A stretch of 61,416 bases of DNA, counting the filler, from Dugesia japonica (taxonomy: Eukaryota), in assembly GCA_001938525.1 (NCBI GenBank). It is 6 parts of 6 records of this genome, joined end to end, with 100 filler letters (N's around TTAATTAATTAA, not from the genome) between each part and the next. Parts side by side here need not be neighbours in the genome. Positions count along the whole stretch, not along the records: positions 11,991 to 21,380 come from MQRL01627410.1; positions 21,481 to 31,765 come from MQRL01588688.1; 4 more parts are not named here. One strand, given 5' to 3'. The notes under the pieces are model-generated. The model was not told the DNA's origin. It was given only the letters and a program-made list of their open reading frames with translations, and ran no database searches. The position numbers were made by a program, and so were the translations under genes. Positions 12,195 to 22,450 of the stretch are shown here, one piece after another; position 1 is the first letter of the stretch; each line of letters opens with the position of its first letter.

Positions 12195-12558
12195 GGTGGA
12201 TTGGTCAGCAAGACGCCATTATTTTGATTGGTGGATTCCAACACCTAATTACCTCATCTTACCCAACCTCCCCGACCTCCCCTACCCCTCCTCCCAGCCC
12301 TCTAAAACGAACTTGCACATCAACAACCACTTTAAAAATCAAGAACCACTTTAATAATCAAAAATCACTTCAAAAATTGATAATCAATAATCAATCAGAT
12401 CAAAAATCGACAATCAATAATCAATATATGCGCGATAACTCATAAGATCGCAGACCCCACTTTAATTTGTTTTCACGAGGGAGGAGGGGGAGAGGGGCCT
12501 AAGAGATATTTTTGGAATCGACCAATCAAAATGATGGGGTCATGCTGAGCAATCCACC
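12195..12558. repeat. Foldback/MITE-like element with 47-bp inverted arms
   Basis: 12195-12241 matches the reverse complement of 12512-12558 at 42/47; inner C-rich and G-rich tracts are also roughly complementary. Confidence 0.8.
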
Positions 12559-13699
12559 TACTAAATATCTTTACAAAGTACTATCATTGTTATAAACGAA
12601 AGACGTTAAAAAAAATTTTCAAATTAAGAATTTTTATTAAACGTGAAAATTTATACTATTTCACTTTATTCTTCTTCAGATTGTAATCGATAACTATACG
12701 AAGAAAAATTTATCAATAATTAACAATTAATGAACCAAAAACATATTATCTCTTCAAGTTTTCTCATAGCTAATTGTGGATCTGACATTTGCCATTGGTA
12801 AAATTGAACCGATCCGCGTTAAAGTTGTTTTACTAATCATTTTTGAATAATCTTTTTAAGGTAGATTTTGAGCTTTTGCAAACGATACTAGTATTTTTGG
12901 CAAATTTCCCTTTCTTTGTGGATGGAGTATTTGTACATATTTCACTTATTACAGTTTCTTGCGCTTCTGAAATAATTAAATTGTAAACATCTGCTTAAAC
13001 TAGTGTCGTCGGAAACACGTGGATTAGGTTCTAGCTTCACCATATTTATTAAACATTGAATATTATGTTTACAAGAATATTTTTCAGTTGGATAGAATTT
13101 TATTGACGCATACTTCGTGACTATCTTCATATTTTCCATACATATACTTCCATCCATCACCTAGTATCGTAGAAGTTGAAATACTTAATACTTTTGACAT
13201 CGTCAAAAGCTAAATAATGAGAGATTAGAGCAAAATTATAGCAGACTTTGCATATGTATACATGTGTAATACATACACATGTATCATATCAAAATGTATA
13301 CTGGAGTAGACATTGAGGAAACCATCTAAATCTACTTTAATGAATCTATCAGTTATCCATATTGTTTCACATGTTGTCAACAAATTAAACTCAGAAAAAT
13401 TATAAAACAATTTTTTTAATTAATCTCAATTAATAAATCTTGTTTTATTATATTTACACTATTCAATATTCTCATATAAAAATAATAAAACAATAGTAAT
13501 AAAATACATCAGTACATAACTATCAAAAATAAATCGAAGCCATATTAAAGTTAAAACATTTTAATAATCATAACAAATCTAGTTTTTCTTTTGGATGATT
13601 TTCATAATCTATATTGTTTTCTAGTTTCTTATACCAGACTTATGAATTCAATTTTTCATTACGTATTCCAAACTCATCTAACAAGGGGGCAGCGGTAAA

Positions 13700-14300
13700 C
13701 ACCAATGTGATCACAAAAAGATTATTTCCAAAATTATTTTGCCGAAGCGATGATCTAGAGAAGTTTAAAAAACGGTGTGAAATATCATTTAAAGGGAAGA
13801 ATATATCTAATGATATAGAACAGGAGCGCTTAAAAATATGCATGCTTGATGAAGAAATAATGGAGACATATGTAAAAACATTAAAGATAGTTGACGAATT
13901 TCAAGGGTGATTGTGACTAGCTTTTGAGAGCAAGAGAGATGCAATAAAAGATTTTCAGAAACTTGTAAACTATCAAAGTGGCGATGAAGACTTTGAGGTG
14001 TTCTTGAAAAAGTGTAATATTTGGTTGATAAATACTTAGCAAATGAGAACTGACGAAAGAAAAACTCTTGTAAAAATGCTTATAATTTGCGCAGATAGTG
14101 AAAAGAAGAATAAGAGATAATCATGCGGAAATTGGAAAAGAAGATATAAAAAAACACTGTCACTATTTGAAAAAATAGAAAGAGTAATACGTGGGGAATT
14201 ATCGGTGACATGATACGAAACATCGAGAATGTTACGCAAAGAACATAACCAGTGTTGGACATGTCAGAATTATGGTACATAAAAAAAGAGTGTCCCAAAT
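13700..14300 (+). mobile_element. LTR retrotransposon gag remnant
   Basis: Helical gag-like ORF fragments ending in a frameshifted CWTCQNYG-HIKKECP zinc knuckle. Confidence 0.65.
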
Positions 14301-15179
14301 ATTATTGGGCAAATCCTCCGCTCTTTTAAAGAACACTTCAAGGTCTTCACAAACATTTTGATAGTTTACGAGATTCTGAAAATCTTTTATGAACTTTCAC
14401 CATGAACGTCAAAGATGCAGCATTATATACTAAATCACTTGAAAACAATTTAAGAAAATAAAAAAGACATGTAGAGATGCTATTGAGAATGCTAAGATAA
14501 GCTGTGAAGAATGAGGGATTGGCATTAAAAGATGAATCAGTCGAGGGTAAAGAATGCTTGAAAAATTGGCACAAGACTCTTATTGTTCAGCATAGGAAGA
14601 GATTGTGTGTGTCATGAAATCTGTTTTAGATTTTTTCCAACAAGAAACAACAAGCCTATTTACTAGGTTGAACCATCTGAATTCAAATTTGGATTTATGC
14701 TTGACACAAAAACTCTTCTAATAAGTGGAAATTTAGATGTCCACCATGTACTCTGTTAAAAGTGCTTAAATTTTTTAAGCTTTTATGCCACTAATCTTAA
14801 CGAGGAAGAACAATGCCTCAGATTTGCGATTCTAAAATACTGCTGGATGCTAAAAGAGGTATTTTATCATTGTCTCCTTTGACGTTTCGTACATTTATTG
14901 GGTCGACGATTTTTCCAATTTACGCATTGCCTTAAAATCATCCTAGCAATTTATGTGCCACAAGCAAGCTGCAAAACATCCTCAGGAAGTTGAAACTGAT
15001 TCTGCCATACATCGTGCGTCGATGAGACAATTGTGTTTGGGCAATCTATTACTGCTTATTGTAGAGAGAGAAACAATTAACTTTTATGATGTTATTGAAA
15101 TCTTTAGTAAAACGCTACTTTTAATGTATAGTGTGTTCCAAAGAAAACTTCGTTTTTTTAAGTTTAATAGTTTAATTTG

Positions 15180-15960
15180 ATGATCTTTACAGAACATTTG
15201 CGTTACGACAGCCGTATGAGGACAAGCATTAAATTGCATTAGCTCCAGACATCACGCTTCTCTCATATCTAAGAATGATTTCAGAAAATCGATATTTCGT
15301 TCAAAATTAATGGTTTGTTTACGTTCTAAGACTGTATATCTGAAATCTTCATGAAAATTACAGGCCACAAATTTGTGAAACTTCATATATCATATTGTTT
15401 TTCTGGCGATCATTGGTCGATAACCACCTTTTGGCACCCAATATAAATTATTATGGCCAGAAGGAAAAGGCTCAGTATAAACCCACTTTTTGTCTACAAC
15501 CACAGTAAGATTATTCAGATTTCGATAGAAATCTTCGGCCAATTTAAATCTCTGAACCTTATGATCATCTGTTAATTGATGTGTAACCCACCTTGTCTGG
15601 ACACAATTCATCATCAATTTTTCAGAAATAATTCGATATATTGAAGTGGTGCTCAAATCAGTAAGAGCAGATATTTCTCTAATCGAGAAACTTGGATTTT
15701 TATCAAGGAGTTCCTTCACCTTATTTCATATCTTCATTATTTGATTTAGTCAGTGATCTTCCGGAGCCTTTGACTTTACGGACTCTTATAAGACTGTTAT
15801 TTTTAAATTCATCGGCAATTTGTTGGATTTATCACAAGGTTTTTATTTCTCCACAGGCTGTCACCAAAACTTCTTGTATTTCTGTAGCCGTAAAATCATT
15901 TTTTGTCATAACTTCGACAAAAAATCACATTTTCGGTTATAACGTTGTTTATCATATTTT
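15180..15960 (-). mobile_element. mariner-type transposase remnant
   Basis: HTH region (ATEIQEVL; SIREIS...TSIYRII), RWVTHQL (WVPHEL-like), VVVDKKWVY, MQFNACPHTA (HDNARPH-like). Confidence 0.85.
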
Positions 15961-16073
15961 TGAGGTTTACAAGCATGCAACATAACAGTACACACACAAA
16001 ACACAAAAATCCCATGTGTTTAACATTATATTATTTTTATTTGGAAGTGCAGTATATTTGTTTATTTAGACAG

Positions 16074-16680
16074 TGTAAATTAATTTCAGTTATTGATTGA
16101 TCTAAGAATTTTTATTAATGTTATGGAAATTTTTATTATTTATGAATTTATCTGAAAATTTTATTATGGAAAATTTTGTTAATTGTGAATTTAATAATGT
16201 AAGTAAAATTTATTATTTATGAATTTTATTATGGAAAATTTTATTAATTATGAATTTAATTATATTAAGTAAAAATTTTTGAATGAAGTATGGAATGATG
16301 AACACTAGGTCATTGCATGAGGCCTAGTGTGAATTTACTATAAATACTGACATATGTCAGTTTGATTTCAGACACTTTTTATTAAGGAAACCTCTTTTTT
16401 AAGTGGCTTTCCTTCTTTAAATTAAAATTAGCTAATAAGGATTCTTATAGTTGTATTGTTATATACTCTAATATAAATTTTTAAGGTATATTGTTTTCTT
16501 TTATTATAGAAATAACACACTTTATCACAATATTTATAATTTGATAATTTATCATTTATATAATAATGTATCTACATATAAAGGAAAAAATCAACACCAA
16601 TAGTCTCACATACATAATTGTTGTTAATAGTTATGAAATATACGAACCATAAAATCTTTTGTTAAGTTAACTACCAAACA
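16074..16680 (+). repeat. Putative 5' LTR
   Basis: TGT...ACA ends, AT-rich tandem subrepeats, TATAAA at ~16339, immediately followed by a PBS. Left boundary uncertain because no second LTR is in the contig. Confidence 0.6.
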
Positions 16681-16684
16681 AATT

Positions 16685-16703
16685 TGGTTCCGCAAACCGG
16701 GAA
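16685..16703 (+). promoter_or_regulatory. Primer-binding site, tRNA-Glu-like
   Basis: TGGTTCCGCAAACCGGGAA four nt after the LTR end; resembles the complement of a tRNA-Glu 3' end. Confidence 0.7.
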
Positions 16704-17224
16704 TCAAAATAACAAAAATTAGTAAAATCAGTTTAAAATCAAGCGGGTGTTCAGACCTTTATTAAAATATACCGTGTATTGATCAGTTTGATATCAGATA
16801 TTGGAGAAAATCCTACTACGATCTCTTATCAAAGTTAATTAATTTAATTATCTTAAGTTTGGTATTAGATTTGGATTAGATTCCAGCCGCAATCTCTTTC
16901 CAAAGTTCTGATAATATAAAATCAGTTCCCTTAAAATAATAAAGTTAAAAGTGATTATAAAGTTAAAGGTGATTTACCAGTAGGAACGAAACCGACGAAA
17001 TTGTTTAATTAGAGTACTGGTTGAAACGAAACCCAAGAAAATAATTGTTAGTATTCCAGTTGAAAGAAACTGAAGGAATAATCTTTGAAGAGAATATAAT
17101 ATATAAATTGCGAACCAGAGATATTCAAAAAATGGTTGCAGCAAATAATAATAATGAAAATATGCCATTTAAAAATGTACCGATTAATGATTAAGTAGGA
17201 GGTGGATTTGGACACCGGGGTACA

Positions 17225-18762
17225 TTGAATATATTACCAATACAATTTTATGCAGGGAAACTTGAGGAATTCGATGAGTACTTTGAGCATATGCATATCT
17301 GTGCCACAGCTTGTGGATGGACAGAAGCAGAATTGATTAAAATATTGCGACTTTATTTAAAAAAATATTCATTAAAATGTTATAAAAATATGGGTGCCAA
17401 ACTTGAGAAATGGAATGATTAAATAGCAAAATTAAGAAAAAAGATAATAGTTCAAAGTAAACTAGAGAGAATTTGTATACAAAAGTTTAGAGACAGAACA
17501 CAATCAGCAAATGAAACAGTGGGCGAATATATATATGAACTAACAAGGTTAGCAGAACAAGCTTTTGGAAAAGGAGATAATACTGGTCATATTATAGAAT
17601 TTCAATTTCTAAATGGAATACATAAACATATTTGAGATGCTCTAATTGCAGCAGAGTATAAAAATCTAGAGGAATTGACAGCAAAAGCAAGACGAATTGA
17701 AGCAAATACAAAACATAAAGAGAAAACCAGACAGATATATACAATTGAAGCAAGTAATGAGGAATCATTGTGGAATGAAATGAGGAAAGCGTATCAAAAT
17801 CGTCAAGATAGTAGAAAAGATCAAAATGTAAAACTCAAAACAGATTATTACCAAAAAATGATAGTAGTTATAACAGAAATTCTAGTCCTAAGAGAAATTA
17901 CAATAACTATAATAGAAATTCAAGTCCTGGAACGAGCTATAACAATTATAATGGAAATTCATGCTCTGGAAGGAGCTATAGCAATAATAACTGAAATTCA
18001 AGTCCTGGGAAAAATTATAATAATTATAATAGGAACTCTAGCCTAGGTAGAAATTATGAAAGAAACGCAAGTCCAACGAGAGGATATAATCGAGATAACC
18101 GAGGTTATAGTCCAAAGAGATACGATAATAGACGGAGTCCAAGTACGTACTTTTCGAATGAAAGAAGAGATAAATTGAATAACAGAGGACAAATAAAGTG
18201 TTATAATTGTAATAAATACGGACATATAGCGAGAGTATGTAGCAATAAACCAAATGATTCTAGAAGTATTCTAAAAAAATATGTATCATACAGTTCAGAT
18301 ACAAGAGAAGCTAATGCTATTGAAGTAATTGACAATGAAGCTTATGAAAATATGAGAACTGAGTTAGAAGATATGAAAATACATTATCAGCGTATGATGG
18401 AAAGACAGCAAGAAAGAGAAGAATATGAAATAAATATGTGTGAACCAACAGAAGTAGATTTTGATGCGATTGATGAAAAAAAGCAAGAAATATTGATAAA
18501 GAATGTCCGATTAGAGATAAAAAAAGAAAGAATTAATGAACGCAAATTGTTACAATATTTAAAGGATATAAATAAGTATCCTATCAACTTTCAGAAAACT
18601 AAACCAATAATAATCACTTTAGCAAAAAACCGAAGTAAAATAGAAATATCAGAGAATTTGGAAGCAATAGATAAGATATTTCAAAAATATAGTGAGCATG
18701 TGAAAGGAAATGAAGTGTTGCAAGAATCGTTAAATATCAAAGTAGTAGCAGGAAAAAACTAA
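17225..18762 (+). pseudogene. Ty3/Gypsy-type gag with 13-aa repeats and CCHC knuckle
   Basis: CATACGWTEAE..., RTQSANETVGEYIYELTRLAEQAF, QFLNGI, ARRIE, CYNCNKYGHIARVC; several stops. Confidence 0.88.
17870..18065 (+). repeat. 39-bp coding tandem repeat, about 5 copies
   Basis: Units start at 17870, 17909, 17948 etc.; encode YNRNSSPGxxYNN-like peptides in the zinc-knuckle frame. Confidence 0.9.
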
Positions 18763-19771
18763 TGCTCTGTAACAGCATTAGAATTGACAATGCACGCGTG
18801 TACAAAAACGAATAAATTGTATAAAATAGTAAAAATGAATTGGCCAGTGGTATTACAAAATGAAGATTTAATGCAGCTATCGTTTTATAATACAGAGTTA
18901 AATGAGAATTGATGGAATACGGAATTATTCCAGGTAATGTGAATATCATAAAAGTAACAATAATGAATCATACACCACAAGTATTAACAAATGATCAACA
19001 AAAATCTATGGAAGAAAATTTGAATATGATGGCAGAAGCAGATAAAGCTGAAGAGCAAAGAGTAAACCAACAAGAAAAAGAGATAAGAAAGAGATAAAAC
19101 AGCCACCAATGTCAGCCACAAGGAATGAAAAACCATCTACATCAGATAATGCAAGAAGGGAGATGCCAAGACAGAAAGTATTTAAAGATAAATGTTTCAG
19201 ATTACAAAAGATCAAGAAGTAGACCCAAATTAGAAAATATATTACAAGAAAAATGGCAAGCTGAACATTTGAATAATATATTACAAAGATATGATGAACA
19301 AGCATCAGCAGGATCAGATCAAGGACTTATAAGAAGTCTAATTAAATTGGTACATGCTGATTTATATGATTGTATAATNACTCAGAATAGAGCATTAATG
19401 ATATATGAGGACATGAAAATCATATTAAAGGAAGTAAGCAAATTAATAATAGCAGATCCAGAAATTGATGATTATAAAGTAATGAAAACAATGATGAAGG
19501 AAGTAATAAACAAAAATAAAGTAGTTACAGCTATTCTATATTTAATACTCAAGAATCGAGAACAATTAGTTGAGAGACCTGATAAAAACATTGTGGTTGT
19601 AGAGCGAATANNNNNNNNNNNNNNNNNNNNNNNNNNNNNNNNNNNNNNNNNNNNNNNNNNGAAACATTATATCCAACAGTTAATCGTAAGCAAAAAATTC
19701 AGGAAACAGAACAGGAAGATGAAATAAAGAAACTTATTAATAAAGAGACAAAGAAATCAAATCGATCACTA

Positions 19772-21380
19772 ATGGGTACAATAATAACAAATTATAATAA
19801 TTTTATTGGAATTAGCAAGAGGAGCAAATGCAATAGTAGCATATGATTGTAATACTCCAAAATGAGGGGAAAAGTATTCATTATTAGATGTGGAAAACTG
19901 CCCAGAGGCGCACCCTACAAAAATAAAAATATAAAATCCAATCATCATGCATTTATATCAAGAATCTGACTTTGTACATGCAGAAGCGTATGAATGTAGT
20001 ATAAAATTTGAGGAAGAAAATTCATATTATGATGTTACGCAAAGTATACCACTAATACCAGCTTAGTCTCCAGACATAATATTAATAGATGCGAGCAATT
20101 GTGAGCAAGCGTTTAAAACAAAAACTCTGAAATTACATGGTAATGAATTACAGGTAAGAGTTGGTGCGAAAGTAAAGCAGAAAGTGGACATTGTACGATG
20201 GTCAACCGCGAATGGATATTGTGGAGGAGGAAATTATAGGATATGGATACAAGTGAAATCTGACATCTTAGTTCGAAGGCAATATCATGTTGAATTAAAG
20301 AAAATAAAAGTAATATTTGATGCTGCTACGTGAAAAATGATGACACATCCATTTTGTAGCTTAAAAGATACAAGTTGTGATACTGGAGAATCGATGGTGT
20401 ATAAAGTAAATCCATTTGAATGTACACTTACGAAATTACGGACAGTAGCAATAAAAGAAGTTAGTGGAACTTTACCAACAGATAAACCACCTAACATACG
20501 AGATGCAAAGAGGAAAGCAACAGTGATTGGTGAAAAGGCAACACCAACAATATATTTCAAATTCAACACAAGAAGCACTAAGACTTATTGAAAAAGGAGT
20601 AGATATCAAGTGTGTAGTGGAAGTGACAGTGACAAATTATAATTGGTTATATCTATCAAAAAAGGAAATAAAAGATGCCAGGTCAGAGGTTGATAAACTG
20701 GATGTAAAAATAGCAACATATTTTAATAACAAAATCGATTTTATCTATCATAAAATTTTAAGACAAGTAGATAGAATATATCAAGAAACAATTATGAAAA
20801 ATGGCAAGAATCAGCGAGAATTGTTAAGGGCAAAAATGGCAATGGTAGTCACAAATCCGGATTTGGTAGCACCGCTCCTGTTCGAAGAAAGAGGAACATT
20901 TGGAAGAATAGTGGGAGAAACTTTAGTGAGTTTTAAATGCAAACCAGTAGCAGTTACGCTTACAGATCATGAGAAATGTACTAATGAATTACCAGTGATT
21001 TATAAAGGAGAGAACGTATTTTTGCTTTTAATAACAATAATTCTAACAGATAAACTTTATCAACCAAAAGTGATTGAAAAATGTAGTAATATTCTTTATC
21101 CTATGTACAAACTAAAGGAGTAGGTATGGATAACAGTGTCAGACAAAAAGACAGCACCAACTCCACTGATGATGGAAATGATAGAGCTCGGTAGAACAAC
21201 AGAATTGGAAAGGATTGATAATATGGAAAAGCGTGGTATTTATACAATAAATGATATTAAAAAAAGCAAGGAAACACATGCTTATTTCAATACAAAGAGA
21301 AAAAACAATATCGATAATGGTTGATAAATTAGATAGAGGGAGTAATGGAGACGATGTAAATTTTGAATCACTGTTACACG
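19772..21380 (+). pseudogene. env: Envelope glycoprotein, chuvirus-like, truncated by contig end
   Basis: Hydrophobic signal then AIVAYDC...YSLLDVENC, YECSIK, CKPVAVTL...CTNELPVIYKG..FL, CSNILYPMYKL..W, GIYT; this Cys/motif spacing matches chuvirus-type glycoproteins. Confidence 0.8.
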
Positions 21381-21480
21381 NNNNNNNNNNNNNNNNNNNN
21401 NNNNNNNNNNNNNNNNNNNNNNNNTTAATTAATTAANNNNNNNNNNNNNNNNNNNNNNNNNNNNNNNNNNNNNNNNNNNN
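21381..21480. other. Artificial contig-joining linker
   Basis: N-TTAATTAATTAA-N. Confidence 0.95.
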
Positions 21481-21840
21481 AACATTTGAAACAAAAAGAA
21501 AGTGAAGTATTCAAACATTTTCAACACAAACATAAAATTTCACCAGAAAAACATCACATTACATGGCAAACACTAGGAACAGGCTACATTTTTACACTAC
21601 ATAGATAAAAACATGAAGAAATACTAATCAAAGAAAGCAATCCTAAAATACATATAATTTACAATAATTAAATTAAATAATTAAATATAAAATAAGAATT
21701 CAAATTAACCAATTATAATTTAATAAAAATAAATTATTTCAAAAATTATTACTATTATAAACATAAATCTTGAATAAATTAAAAAGTAAATTCCTGACGA
21801 AGACAAGGTCGAAATATCGATTTTTTATCCAATATCAATA
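21481..21840 (+). mobile_element. Penelope-like element 3' end
   Basis: HLKQKESEVFKHF...HEEILIKESNP resembles the GIY-YIG C-terminus, followed by a hammerhead motif. Confidence 0.7.
21788..21824 (+). ncRNA. Minimal type I hammerhead ribozyme motif
   Basis: ttc-CTGACGA-a-gac-aag-gtc-GAAA-ta-TC-ga: conserved core, short stem II, palindromic stem III. Confidence 0.7.
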
Positions 21841-21879
21841 GTTAAAAACTAAATTTTGATCTAAGCTTTTATATTAAAT

Positions 21880-22450
21880 GAATACTACAATAGATGTATT
21901 ATAACACTTTATTAACACATTTTATTATTTTAGGTTTCTTGATACTTTCATATTGTAGTTTTTCATCACTAATACGTATTATAGTATATTACGAGTCTTT
22001 TAATCCTAATGATTTTGTTAACGAATTTAACACTTTTAGTTTTTATGACAATGTAAATTGAAATATTTTATCTTGATTTAATGAAAACGTTTTAAATAAC
22101 ATTGAAAGGTTTTTCTTAATATAATCATTTGGTTGATTTATACCCTTTATATACAAATCGGATTCAAATTGAAAATAATGTTTAGTTACAATCGCATAAT
22201 AATATTATAGTTTTATTGGTTCAACGGAAGCATCGTTTTTAAAGTCATGAAAGCGAATCGAAAAAGTTTTATGGTCATTAAAAGTTATACATTTTCTTAA
22301 CTTCTCTTCTATTATATGTAAATCTTATCAAGTTTAAAAAGTATGAAATGATAAACTGTGGGATTTAATATCACTACTAAAGGTTATCCAATTTTTCTTG
22401 AATGTTTCTTTAACCGTTTATTGTAATAATGTTATATTTATCTTGCGAAT
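21880..22450 (-). mobile_element. Highly degraded Penelope-like RT fragment
   Basis: Weak fragments only (IVTKHYFQFESDLY; PTVYHFILFKLDK). Confidence 0.3.

Noticed and set aside
11890-12558. Foldback element as the terminus of the adjacent Polinton
   Set aside because: An artificial linker separates them.
12650-13420. Minus-strand ORF fragments
   Set aside because: Broken, with no recognisable motif.
14330-14950. Possible hAT remnant (TWWTSKF)
   Set aside because: A single weak motif is insufficient.
17830-18046. Ile-rich 'transmembrane' ORF tail
   Set aside because: Off-frame reading of the 39-bp gag repeat.
17870-18065. CRISPR-like periodicity
   Set aside because: Coding tandem repeat with no unique spacers, in eukaryotic DNA.
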